Assembly (NCBI GenBank): GCA_001938485.1
Contig: MQRK01236279.1
Span: forward strand, 18,136-69,779
DNA: 51,644 nucleotides
Direction of reading: 5' to 3'
Source of the DNA: Girardia tigrina
Lineage: Eukaryota
Part shown: piece by piece, positions 13,385 through 25,869 of the stretch
Layout of the letters: every line of letters starts with the position of its first letter
How positions within the stretch are numbered: the first letter of the stretch is position 1
Position numbers and translations under genes: made by a program
Notes under the pieces: generated by a model
The model's input: only the letters and a program-made list of their open reading frames with translations
What the model was told of the DNA's origin: nothing
The model's database searches: none

Positions 13385-14010
13385 CAGGGTTTCTTAACCT
13401 TTTTGATGCATTGGACCCCTTTAAAAATTTTAAATATGTCACGGACCCCTCTGTGAAAAAAATTTGTTTAAACGTCAATTATTACAAAATATATTCTATT
13501 TTATTATTTAAATATTTTTATTTCAATAATATAACTGTTGACAGATATCTTTATGTTCCTGGATATAAAATAATAATTGTAATTGAAGAAAATAAAATTT
13601 TCAATGTGAATACTGTTGCTGCTTTTTCTTGATTAGGAGATTGAATTGAGGGATAGTTTTCAACAAAGCAACGCGCATATCATGTTCGACATTCAGTCGA
13701 TTTCGATGTTTTGTTTTTATTGTTATACGAGTGTGGAAAATCCTGATTCGCAAAGATATACCGTAGCAAATGGTATAATTGCTGCCATAGCTCGTTTTAC
13801 TAGCAATGGGTAGGCTTCTCTTAAAGAAGACAAAAAATCTGCAAGGGTTTTTGAATCGAAAGCCATTTTTAACAAGGACTGTGTTTTCAAATCAATTAAC
13901 TCGTCTTTGGCAAGATCCATGTCGTCGATACAGTCAATATCACAAAGAAAAGGATTACGAATCCACAATTCATCTTTTTTAGTTATTTCATCCAAATTTT
14001 CATCCATTTC
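13385..14010 (-). mobile_element. hAT (Charlie/Buster, ZBED8-like) 3' fragment with TIR
   Basis: TIR CAGGGTTTCTTAACCTTTT at 13385; C-terminal dimerisation domain YPLLVKRAMAAIIPFATVYLCESGFSTLV*IKTKHRNRLNVEHDMRVAL. Confidence 0.88.
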
Positions 14011-14170
14011 TAAATTTTAGAGTGTAGTGAAATTCTCTAAAAGATCTATCTACTGTGCTTAGGTCGATTTAGTTTATTTATATGTAAAAAATCATTTCAA
14101 AATGTTTTTTTAAAAAATTTTTTTGTAAAAAATCATAACAAAAAAGGATATTATTCAAGAAATATATGCA

Positions 14171-14240
14171 TATGTATATATGTGTGTGTGTATTATGTAT
14201 GTGTTTGTCTGTCTGTCTGTATGTCTGTCTGTGTGTGTGT
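14171..14240. repeat. Compound (TG)n/(TCTG)n simple repeat
   Basis: Runs of TGTG, TATG and TCTG are directly visible. Confidence 0.85.
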
Positions 14241-14250
14241 ATAAGTTGTA

Positions 14251-14627
14251 TCAAGGACTCATTCTTGAAGACGACTGAATAAAGTTTGTCACCAAAGATG
14301 CGGTCTGTGAATCTAACGTCACTTGATAAACCTTCAGAGGTTGTTCATAGAGATTATTCTCTTCGTTGGAATCATCAACAGATCTCGGAGAGGATGACAG
14401 TCGACTGATATCGTTCACGGTGAAATCGGAGGGTTCTGTGTTATTGAAGTCTTTGTTGAAATCGGACGCGAAAATTCCCGATTCGTTAAGATTGTTGTTA
14501 TTGAGAGACAAGTGACTGGCGAATAGGCTCCGATCTTCAGTCCAATCATCAAATGCTTTATATGTGTAGTTAATAAATGCTAGTTCCTTCTTGTATCGAT
14601 TCTCGCGATCTTGAATGTGATTTATGT
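14251..14627 (-). CDS. Putative terminal exon of an unknown host gene (Ser/Asn/Asp-rich)
   Basis: Open frame of ~125 codons with higher GC than its flanks, preceded on the minus strand by acceptor-like TCATCTTTCTCAG; no recognisable domain. Confidence 0.45.
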
Positions 14628-14758
14628 CTGAGAAAGATGATCGCTTTAATGACCGTTTAATAATACAAAATAACATTTATTCATTTAAGACGACAAATAA
14701 AATATCTACCAAACATTTAATAATTCATAGCCAATTATTTTTTCCATTCTTTTTATTA

Positions 14759-16175
14759 TTAGGGTGAACCAAACGTCCTTTTGTTCAATTGTTTCTTATT
14801 GCCAAATAAAGATATTTTATATACATGTGTTATATGTTTTTTAAAGCTCTTGAACTGCTCTATCACAATATATATTAAAACGTCTAATTAGTCGTTAATA
14901 TAATTTTTATGGTCTTTTAGAAAAATCACGGAAAATGCTGAAATTCGTGTTCTTTTACGCCATTTCTGGAAACAGGGCTTAAAAGCAACTGCAGCAACAA
15001 AGAAGATATGCGAAGTTGAAGACGACATTGACCTCGGAGACAATGCACGTTCAGGCCGACCTATCACCGTAGATTCCGGAGCAATTCGTGAAGCCGTCGA
15101 GACAAATCCGTCAATAAGTACTCGCAGATTGTCGGCCGAACTCGATATTCCTCAAATATCCATTGTACGACACGTTCACGCTCTTGGCAAGGCCAATAGA
15201 CGATGTCGAGAAGTGCCTCATGAATTAACACAAATTCAAGCCGAAAAGCGTTTCGAAACTTGTCAAAAAATGCTTGAAAATCCGCGCGATGATTGTTTCA
15301 TCCGTCGAATTGTAACTTGCGATGAAAAGTGGGTTTACTTCAGTAATCCAGACAAACAAAGTCAATGGTTGGACCCCGGACAAATGGCGAAACCGGTAGC
15401 GAAACGAGATCGTTTCTCAAGGAAGGTACTTTTGTGTGTTTGGTGGAATTTCGAATACGTAATTCACTTCAAGCTGGTTCCAAATGGTTGTACCATTGAC
15501 GCTGACCTTTACTGCGCCTAACTTGATCGAATGTATGCGGCACTTGGCGAGAAATTACACACACATTACTGAACTCTTCTTCTTTCTAGAACTCTTCATC
15601 AATGATGAAATCTTTTTGGGAAGGATAAAAAATTTCTTTATTCCAGTACTTCAAAACTACAATATCTTGTATCAAAATTTTTTTTTATAATTTCTAAATG
15701 TAACTTACCCTAACAAATGAACTGAACTATGTGGAACGATTTATTGGTCATTACGTTTTCCGGATTAGACGTAGTTATTGTGTTAATAATAACTATAAAT
15801 AATAATAAAAACAAACTGATTCAGTTCGTCCGGACGAACTTCAATTAAATCATCTTAATATTAAATAATAATCTTAATATTTAATACCGGTACGCCGATC
15901 AAGATGATACATTGTATATCAACAATCTTCTTTTGATATCACCCTCTTTAAACATTAGAAAATGCAGGTTTGTTGGTAATCAACAATTGTTTACCCTTGC
16001 AAAGATAAGTTAAATAAATTCATTTTATTTTCGGGATCGCGCAACTTGCTCATAGATGGGTTCAAGCTACAGCTTCAAATGGCCTTTACTTTGAAACTTA
16101 AATGTTTTTTATTTGTTGTAAAATTATGTTTAAATTTTTAATAAAAAATACGAAAAGACTTTTGGTTCACCCTAA
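14759..16175 (+). mobile_element. Mariner with internal replacement by foreign DNA
   Basis: TIRs TTAGGGTGAACCAAA / TTTGGTTCACCCTAA with TA flanks. Transposase motifs IVTCDEKWVYF and KVLLCVWWN run to ~15560, then resume at ~16020 as GIAQLAHRWVQATASNGLYFET*. Confidence 0.92.
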
Positions 16176-16488
16176 TAAACGAAATAACTAACATTAATTG
16201 CGTAATAATTATTGTGTGATTGCTGATGAAATTGATTGTGTAAAGTCAGTTGTGATGATACAATAATATGGGTTACTTGTCTGATGTTGAATGTATGTTG
16301 ATATTATATGTGTGTTTGAGAGTGTAAACCAATGAAAAGGCTTTGAAAATGTGAGTCATTATAACATCACTTTTTTCCCCATTAAATAGTCGAGATTATT
16401 GATATTGTGTTATAATTAATAAATCTTAGAATAGGAATTATTCATTTTATTTTAAATAGATAACAATTATTATTATTATTATTATTAG

Positions 16489-16740
16489 AAATGATGAAAC
16501 TCAAAACGCTAAGGAGAACAACTGTCTTCTTATTCCGAACGATATAAATGGTCAACAGTTAATTAATAAAAGTAAATTTTAATATAATTTAAATTTATAA
16601 AATAGTTTTAAAATTTAATTTAATATTAAGATGATTTAATTGAAGATCGTCCGGACGAACTGAATCGGTTTGTTTTTATTATTATTTATTGTTATTATTA
16701 ACACAGCTATTTAAATATTGTTCCATTAAAATATTGTTAG
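16489..16740 (+). pseudogene. Possible small-intron gene fragment (weakly PTP-like)
   Basis: Removing GT-AG introns 16572-16630 and 16668-16706 gives an open peptide ...LIEDRPDELNRYLNIVPLKY. NRYxNIxP recalls the tyrosine phosphatase KNRY loop, but nothing downstream confirms it. Confidence 0.25.
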
Positions 16741-18785
16741 GTTATCTTTTTCTTGGACGATATTCAATTTGGTTATTATTTTAATATTATTTTTTACGAA
16801 GAATTATAATAATTTATTCAATTTTCTATTTGATTATTATTCTAAATATGCATATTCTTCCAGCCAACTTTTTCAGAATGAAGATGAAAAAAATTTTCTA
16901 ATTTATTTAATTAATTAATTTAATTATTGACTGAACTGTTTATATTAATTTGTTGTCATTTCGGAATAAAAAAATTGGAGCTTTAATTTGTTTTCCTTGA
17001 TTTAATTAAACCGGTTTGACAGGATCCATTAATTTTGTAGTTTTTATCAATGAAACAGAAATTCTCATCTGGAAATTAGATCCAACTGAAATATAATTCC
17101 AAATATTATCAGAAGATAATAATAATCAATGTTTGGATTGGTATAACACTTTTTAACAAAGCGAAGTCCATCTCAATTTTTCGCAACTCGTAGATCGCAG
17201 AGAGGATTGTACAGTGCTGTGGCAACGCTCCGCCACGGTGGCCATCTATTCTTGCCTTGGGGAACTGTGAAAAATAAAAATCCTTGTTTCTCTACCTGGA
17301 TTCTTTAACCGTCAAAATGGGCCATTTCGTCAATAGACACATGATCTTGTAGTTATATGGGACAAGTGTAATTGGAGCACCAGCAGATGTACTTAGAACA
17401 AATTTGTTGTGACTGATGAAGACGAATTATTTAGAAATACAAATTTGTTTTTTTCTCTATTATTTTGAATTTTGATATTCTTGAAAGAATTATTTTTCTG
17501 ACGAAATCAACAATAATAAAACGATATTAATTATTGTTAACGGAGCATATATTTTCGAAAATTAAGTCAGTGAATAAGCAATTATCTCACAATTGGGTCA
17601 AGTACCATAACTCTGCTACCACGGGTAAATCTCTAGGGCCGCCTGGAAACTCCATCGAACAAATAAAAATTTCGATGAATTTTTGTATAAATATAACAAA
17701 CCAGTAATCAAATGGTAAAAAAATTTTTATCGTAAAAACTCTATCAATTAAATGAACCTTCGCAACTTACTTTTAATAGTCTAATTTACTTTAAAAGTAG
17801 TTTTTGATATGATATAAATTTTTTTATTTACTCAACATTTAGTTTTTGCTTATCATTCTTTTGCAATATAAAAAACATTGAAATATTTATCAATTGATAA
17901 TAAACACAAAAAAAACTTTTACAAAGAAATATATGTCATATTATTATTATCTATTTTAGAATCATAATCCATTATCTTTCGATAATATTGCTTGAACAAA
18001 ATCGGGGAAAAAACAAAAACATACTTTTTGGTCTTTATTGAATTGTTCGTGCAGCAATTCTCTTTCTTCTTTTGTCTTTTTGCCGCCTTTATAGTGATTT
18101 TTTGCGACTATTGTCTTTTTATTTTCACACTTTTTGTTTCATAACTGTGATTATTTTTAATATAATTATTTTCATACAACAAATCATTAAAACCTATTTG
18201 ATGTATTCTCATATTTATTGTAAAATATTAACAGAATAAGTCGGTGGATTTTGGGAAACTCGTAAAATTTTTTTTAGTTAAATCTAAATAAAATAAATTT
18301 AAAAAATATTTTAAAATATATCATAAATTAAAATATAAGAATTTTACGATAAGAACAAATAAGTTATTATAAATTTTTATAATAAAAAAAATGAAAATTT
18401 ATTATAAAATAATTTAAATTAAAAATGTTAATTAAATTTGATATAAATGCTTTTGTAAATCAAAGTAAACTTATTAAGTTATGTTTGAAATACTTGTAAT
18501 AAAATTTTATATAAAATAGTTTGATTACAAATTAAAAAAGTAAGACTTAAATATAAGTAAATTTTTCAATTGTCGACATTAATAATTTTTGTCACGATTC
18601 ATAATTTTTTACAATCAATCAATTTTGCAATCCATAAAATTTATATTATTTTAAAAGAAAAAAAATCTTATCAGTAATAATTCTTTTTTCCTTCACAATA
18701 AAATAAATTTTTTTAATCAAATAAATCCATAAATACAAATTCAAATGCTCGAAAACAAGAGGATAACAAAAAAAATTAATTAATT

Positions 18786-19530
18786 ACGAAAGCGAGAAGG
18801 ACCACAATCGATTACACTTAAAAATTTTTGTTGATTGTACTTTGTAACATCCGCAGCAAGTCTTGTCCAGTTTTCGTTGACGCTCAGCCTACCGGTTTTC
18901 CAATTTACGGGTGCCGGATCGATGGATTGACATTTTTGACATCTTGAAATTAGATCCTTGATATCCGCGTTTGACACACCTATTCCTTGCTTCGTACATA
19001 GATATCGCATTCTGTTTGCGCCTAAATGACACTTATCATGAAGTTGCTGCAACTGGAGTAGATCGTCCGTAACCGATAAAAACAATTGCTTCTTTTTAAT
19101 TGTTTTGGAATTCTTGTCAATTCGTCCGCCTTGTTATCTTCGCTATTAACAAACTCGATCTTCAACTCGATCTCATACTCCTGACACAGCTCCTTGATCA
19201 TCGACAGTTTTCGTTTTATTAAAAGCTCAGATGAAGCCTTTGTAATTAATTTTTCGCGATCTGAGATTGTTGTGGTTACCCACGAAACTACTGACTTATT
19301 ATCCGATTTTAATATCACGTTCCTTAAACCCCATTTCACACATAAGTTTAAACCCTTTACAACTGCTTCTAGTTCTGCTACATTAATATGTCTAGAATCA
19401 TCAGTTTTTTTCAACCATGATGCGTCCTCGATTATGTTCCCTTTGGCTTCTAACGCTGCACCAATGGCTATTGAACTTGCGTCGCACCATATAATACCTT
19501 CCCTGCAGTTATCAATGGCCCATAAAATTT
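18786..19530 (-). mobile_element. LTR retrotransposon pol fragment (RNase H + integrase N-terminus)
   Basis: WCDASSIAIG...HINVAELEAV...KSDN...NKADELTR, then an HHCC zinc finger (LHDKCHLG...CQKCQ) and WTRLAADVT...SVIDCGPSRF; one frameshift. Confidence 0.88.
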
Positions 19531-20229
19531 AGGATGAACGAACGAAAAGATTTAGGATGAACGAATGATTCTTTCATTCAAGTTATTGATAAAATTGTAA
19601 TTTATTAATTTAAAATTTTACAATTAAATAAAGAAAACGTTAAAAAAATTCAACAAAATATTAAATTTCAGTAGGTTATTTCTGTCTCAAATAAATTCCA
19701 AATAAAAGTACTGAAAGGCTCATTTACATATTTTTGTCTTGGTAATTTAGTTTGACAAAGAAGTGAATATGAGAAAAAAAATTTCTCTATTAATTTAATT
19801 TCAAAAAAGATTGTAAAACAATTGAAAAAAGATATTCTCTTATCAAAAGGAATTGATAAAAAATACTTTTAAAATAGTTGAAAAAATCGCTTTTATTGCC
19901 GACATTTTAAGGTCAGATTTGTGTTACAGTTTTTACTTTAAATTTAAGATATTCTCATTTCCACATTATCTATATTTTTCAAATGTAAATTAATAAATGT
20001 TTTAATTAAATATAATTAAAAAAGAAGAAGTACCCTTGATGACAGAATCGGGGTGGTTGCGGCGTAATGCATTTAGTTGGGTGTGTCTCGAGGACGGTGA
20101 GAAACTGTTAGGGAGGAATTCATTCTTACCGGCATCAAACATTAGGAGTGTCAAAATTGAATATTCCGGCCATTTTCTGCATGATTGTATACCGTATAGG
20201 TGCATTATAATGTATATTTCATAGAATTT

Positions 20230-20640
20230 ACATTATTTTTACGAATGTCTTTGGTTCTCCTTAGCATTGAAGAAATTAGTCAATAGTATTGTCCGGGACG
20301 ACTTTTTTAAATTTTCTATGGGTTTAAGATCTGGGGATAAACTGAATTTTAACCTTATGACTTGGTGCTGAATAATGCTGAAAATCATTACACTGAAGCT
20401 TATGTATCCAGATGTGTAATATCTCCTCTAAAACAGTCTGGAAAATTTTAGTATTCATCATTTGATCTTGGAATAAATAATGAAGTTCACCACAATCACA
20501 AAAGGGGAGTGTTTCATTGTAGAAGTGTGGTTCACTAGGATTAAATCCATGAGAAACTTGAACAGTCTTGAGCCGTACTAGCTTTTTGCAAATAACCCGT
20601 GCTGGTTGCTGAAAATCCACTTGTAACGTCGTCTAAAAGT
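20230..20640 (-). mobile_element. Tc1-like transposase relic
   Basis: GELHYL...MNTKIFQTVLEE...FQHYSAPSHK and SPDLKPIENL. Confidence 0.75.
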
Positions 20641-21221
20641 GAAGTGGACGCATGTGTAAATAATGGAAACTATGTTTTAATTTTCGAAGATGTAACAAAA
20701 GAATCTTTGTTGACAACCCATTTAAACAAGTTATCATCTATCTAGACAGTGATTCGCTAATTGATTCGCTAGAATACCTATTTCTACAGTAACCTTGCAG
20801 TTAGCCATTTTTAAATTTTTATTGCTCGATCTCACAGTAAACAGTTTTAGTTTCAAATTTTTATCCAAAACAATTCGTATTTCATTATTAGGAATTATAT
20901 TTTCTTTTAGTTTAATTTGAGATGGTTTTAAATCTTATAAATAATTTTCAAAATTATTTTTAATCGGATTTAATTCAAATGGTTCATTTAAATCTCGATG
21001 ATCCGAAAAGACATTCATCGAAACAGGTGATCGTTGTCGTAGACATTTATAATTATCCATCAAAATACTCAAAACTCAAAAAATTATTTATTTTTCAATT
21101 TTCATAATTACAATTGATGCTGTTCCGCCCGACACTCAGGTTGCCCGAGAATCGGACGGAGGTAACAGGGTTGCGCAGGGAACCTTTCTCGATGTGCTCG
21201 GCTCATTTTAATTTGATCCGA

Positions 21222-21464
21222 CTAATGGGATTCCATATTGGGATTCTCCAATCTCATACAAATGGCAATTAACGATCCTTTGACATTGACCAATCGATTG
21301 ATCATTTCGTGAGGAAACGCAAATGAAATATCGAAATCTTGACACAAAAATGTCTCGTATTGCAAGAGTACCAGACACAGTTGTTCGAGGGCCGACAATT
21401 GCATTTCTTCAGTACCACCTCGAAGCCAATTTAATAACAAATAAGGCAACTCGACTTGCTCCAT
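21222..21464 (-). pseudogene. HECTD1: HECTD1 E3 ligase N-terminal fragment
   Basis: MEQVELPYLLLNWLRGGTEEMQLSALEQLCLVLL...RLVNVKGSLIAICMRL aligns by eye with HECTD1 MADVDPDTLLEWL...DMQLIALEQLCMLLL...RIVGVDGAIKALCNRL. About 30 aa are missing internally, followed by a stop. Confidence 0.7.
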
Positions 21465-21798
21465 TAATATTTCTTGTTAATATCAATTTGTCGAAATCAA
21501 AATCTCCAAAAGAAAAAATAAGGCAAATGAATCGATTTTATTTTCAAATTTTCATCTTTAATCTCATTTAATCTAATAAAACAAATTCATCTTTTTCACA
21601 TAATCCAATTAATTTCTTAATAAAAATTAATTTTAATAATAATAGTTTTTACAAATAATAGTTTTTTTCCAATCTTTTCACATAAACCCACAAATTCATT
21701 TTTAAATAAAAATACAATCAGAATCACAAAAAAAGGTTTTTTTCTCAGTTTTTTAAAGGCAAATGAGGAAAGCGCAGGATCCATTCAATATACATATA

Positions 21799-23019
21799 TT
21801 AGGTTGTTCGATATGAAACGGGTCAAACTTCACACCTTACATTTCAATCGCGTATAACTTAACTTTGAACTATCGTATGAAAATAAATAAGGTATTTCGT
21901 GACAGACATATTATTCCTCTTTAAAAATCAATTATTTAATTTCAAATATATTGAATAGTTTCTTGTCAACAAACAATCAAACAGCGCAATGGAAATCAGT
22001 GAAATCAGAATTTTAATGNNNNNNNNNNNNNNNNNNNNNNNNNNNNNNNNNNNNNNNNNNNNNNNNNNNNNNNNNNNNNNNNNNNNNNNNNNNNNNNNNN
22101 NNNNNNNNNNNNNNNNNNNNNNNNNNNNNNNNNNNNNNNNNNNNNNNNNNNNNNNNNNNNNNNNNNNNNNNNNNNNNNNNNNNNNNNNNNNNNNNNNNNN
22201 NNNNNNNNNNNNNNNNNNNNNNNNNNNNNNNNNNNNNNNNNNNNNNNNNNNNNNNNNNNNNNNNNNNNNNNNNNNNNNNNNNNNNNNNNNNNNNNNNNNN
22301 NNNNNNNNNNNNNNNNNNNNNNNNNNNNNNNNNNNNNNNNNNNNNNNNNNNNNNNNNNNNNNNNNNNNNNNNNNNNNNNNNNNNNNNNNNNNNNNNNNNN
22401 NNNNNNNNNNNNNNNNNNNNNNNNNNNNNNNNNNNNNNNNNNNNNNNNNNNNNNNNNNNNNNNNNNNNNNNNNNNNNNNNNNNNNNNNNNNNNNNNNNNN
22501 NNNNNNNNNNNNNNNNNNNNNNNNNNNNNNNNNNNNNNNNNNNNNNNNNNNNNNNNNNNNNNNNNNNNNNNNNNNNNNNNNNNNNNNNNNNNNNNNNNNN
22601 NNNNNNNNNNNNNNNNNNNNNNNNNNNNNNNNNNNNNNNNNNNNNNNNNNNNNNNNNNNNNNNNNNNNNNNNNNNNNNNNNNNNNNNNNNNNNNNNNNNN
22701 NNNNNNNNNNNNNNNNNNNNNNNNNNNNNNNNNNNNNNNNNNNNNNNNNNNNNNNNNNNNNNNNNNNNNNNNNNNNNNNNNNNNNNNNNNNNNNNNNNNN
22801 NNNNNNNNNNNNNNNNNNNNNNNNNNNNNNNNNNNNNNNNNNNNNNNNNNNNNNNNNNNNNNNNNNNNNNNNNNNNNNNNNNNNNNNNNNNNNNNNNNNN
22901 NNNNNNNNNNNNNNNNNNNNNGGGGGGGATATTTTGATTAAAAATAAAATGTTATTATTTAAAAAAAATCGATTTACATTTTACTTTAATTTTGACCCGT
23001 TTCATATCGAACAACCTAA
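21799..23019 (+). mobile_element. Young mariner element; interior is an N gap
   Basis: Perfect 29-bp TIRs TTAGGTTGTTCGATATGAAACGGGTCAAA with TA flanks; start MEISEIRILM at 21989 and end GGYFD* at ~22940. Confidence 0.92.
22019..22921. other. Assembly gap / masked sequence
   Basis: Run of N; smaller gaps occur at 33971-34037 and 49034-49080. Confidence 0.99.
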
Positions 23020-23149
23020 TATATAATTAATTAATTTGTAATATCAATAAGTAAAATAATTGAATCCAACTATTTAATATTCTCAAAATAAACAATGATT
23101 TCGAAAACTTACGACTTTTTATTGCTAATTTATCTTAATAATAAATCCA

Positions 23150-23450
23150 CCCGACATGCAGTGAGGTACCGAAAGCATTAAAGCAAAAGAGTGTTAGGAT
23201 CGACAACAAAGTTCAAACCGAAAATAAATTCCCCGTTGGATTTATTGAGATTATATCGATCGAGAAAATGAAGGAGTTTTTCAGAATGGAGTACAACACG
23301 AAAGTACGATTCGTTCTCCACCGAATTCACTTCGACGAGGGCAAATATGAGTTGTGTCGAGTCAAGAAGCTCGGCGTTCTCACGGGCAACATTCTCTACT
23401 TGACAACCTATGACGGCCGAACGATCCGCTACTCGGACCCGTTGATCGGC
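23150..23450 (+). pseudogene. RPS4: 40S ribosomal protein S4 (eS4) internal fragment
   Basis: VRIDNKVQTENKFPVGFIEIISIEK...FRMEYNTKVRFVLHRI...KYELCRVKK...YLTTYDGRTIRYSDPLI matches eS4; both termini are missing. Confidence 0.88.
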
Positions 23451-25289
23451 GCAAGTCGATGTGCTTTGTAGTAATTCGCTATTGTCTATTCACCTTATAG
23501 TTTTTTTTCCTTTCATATATTTATCTATCTTAAAATAATTATATAATAGTATTTATTGCTTCATATAATTAATCTCAATAGAAGACTAGTCATGAAGCTG
23601 CCTTTCCAGAGATATTTAGTTAACTTAATTAACTAACGAAGAAGCTATTGTCAACATTACAATAACACTTTTTTTACAATATTTAGAAATCAATTTATGA
23701 AAAAGTAAAAATTACAGACAAAATAAAAAGAAGAAGATAATTACTTTTCATCGAATCAATTAGGATAATTCATAATGTCACCAAAGTCAGTTAACAAGAT
23801 TTCCTATTATTAAAACAAAATTCATTATTTTTTATTCAATTAAGAAATTCTAACTTACTTTTTTATTTATCGATTTACATTTTTAATCGATTTCAAATGA
23901 ATTTATTAATAGAGTTATTAGTATATTCAACGACCAATAATTCGACAATCCATCTTTCTTAATGTGAATTCTAATCCTTCAAAAACCTATTTTTTACCAT
24001 CAAATATTTCATCAATAAATTCCAATCCATCGTCTAGTTTTGAAGATCATTAAAAAAACAACTACTTTTGTTTTAATGAAAAATATCGAAAACCAGCGAA
24101 AGAAGAAGCATTGAAAACCGCACAATTTAAAAATACCAATCTAGATTCAACGAATTCACAAACTGTACCTATCGTTATCAATTTTGATTCTATTTCAAAT
24201 AAACTTTTTCATCATCCGATTCAATTTTGATTCGAGATTACATTTCCCCTTATCTCCAATCTGATTTTCTATTCGGTTTGGTGATAATTATTATTCATAT
24301 ACATCAAATACTATTATCGGTTTTTTTTACCATTCCATCTGAACTTTATCATAATTTCCAGTTATTATCATACAATCCCTTTTCATTAAAAGTGTTTGGA
24401 CATTCATTCAGTCTTATTGTCAGTTTAGTTTATTTTTTATTGAGAGTTATCTGGTTTTGTCAGTTTTCTTTTTTTGGGTCTCTAATATATTTATATTGTG
24501 TTATTTAAATTATTTCTACTATTAATTATTTATATTACTTTTTTCTTTTATCGTTCTTTTTCCTAACATACCGGCGATACGTTATTAACGTTTAGATAAG
24601 ACAATATGCTTCACGACGAGATCAACAACTACATCAGGTCCGAGTGGGCATCTTCATGAACAGAGCGACACATCGGAGGCAGGGATATCGTGAACATTAG
24701 AGACTTAAAACAAATTAATAAAATTAGATTCATTAATCTTATTTGGTTTAAATAGTTTAAATTGATAGTACATTTAAATATCAAAACTATAATTAAGTGA
24801 AATTACATTTAGTTTTTAATGCTCGATAGACCAATATTTTCACGTGAATTTCTGTAAGATAATTTTATCTTTATGGGCTGTTGTGGGTTTTCATTTTAAG
24901 CTCTTTTTTAATTCAATAAACTTAATATAAAATAAATGTATCAAATTAATATTTTTATATTATACTTTCAAACTCAATTTTTTCCTCATTTGTGTTTTGA
25001 TTTTTAATTTTTTTATGGATTCAATTGTAATTTCTGAAATATTCTCGGGTGGTTCTGTGTCTTCTGAGTTTCCTGAACTGGAATAATTTAAATTACAGTG
25101 TTGAGTATTCTCGATTTCGGAGCTCTCTTCTATTTTTTCCGTGTTTTCGGCCTCATTCCCGATTACATTTAAATATTCTAAACGGGAATTAAAGGTTTTT
25201 TGGCAGACTCTAAAGCCCTCTCAATGCGGTTTAATCAAAAACGCACCTTGGATATGCCAATTAGTGCCAATTAGAAAGCACGGCGAATC

Positions 25290-25855
25290 GCACTGGAACT
25301 CGGCATGGAAGGTTTTAGAGGTAGTAACGGTTTTATTGACCGTTTTAAAAAGAGACATGGTTTTTAACATTTTTAAAGATACATTTAAAGCTGTACAAAG
25401 GAGAATCAGGGGTCGCCGATGGAAAACAATTATTCTTCCATCTTTACTTCACTACTATTCTGCTGCTGCTGTATTCAATACTGACGAATCGATTCTTTAT
25501 TACAAATGCATGCCACACAAGACAATGACCTTCAAAGAAGACAGGTATGAAGGTGGTAAGAAAAGTAAAGTTCGGGTGACTTTGCTGTTTTGTGCTAATA
25601 TCGATGGCAGCTTCGTTTTTGGTAATTATGCCAAATCATAATGCTTTAAGGGAATCGATGCATCGAGACTTACAGTTCAATAGGCTAATAGTGACAAAGC
25701 TTATATGAATAGCTCTCTTTGGAACGAATGGTTTACTAAATTTGGTTACCAAATGACACGAAAAAATCCCAAGATTTTACTAATTGTCGATAATGTCTCA
25801 AACCACTCTGTACCGCCACTTCGATCTATTGAATTGATTTTCCTTCCACTTAATA
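25290..25855 (+). mobile_element. pogo/Tigger (CENP-B-like) transposase fragment
   Basis: FRGSNGFIDRFKKRH, VFNTDES, GGKKSKVRVTLLFCANIDGS, KAYMN, KILLIVDNVSNH...LIFLP. Confidence 0.9.
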
Positions 25856-25869
25856 TTACGTCACGTATT

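Noticed and set aside
16740-17300. Complete tyrosine phosphatase gene
   Set aside because: No WPD or HCSAGxGR motif could be read in any frame examined, and there is an in-frame TAG right after the NRY-like segment.
21989-23026. 345-aa ORF in the track
   Set aside because: Artefact of translating Ns; the real mariner stop is at ~22940 in another frame.
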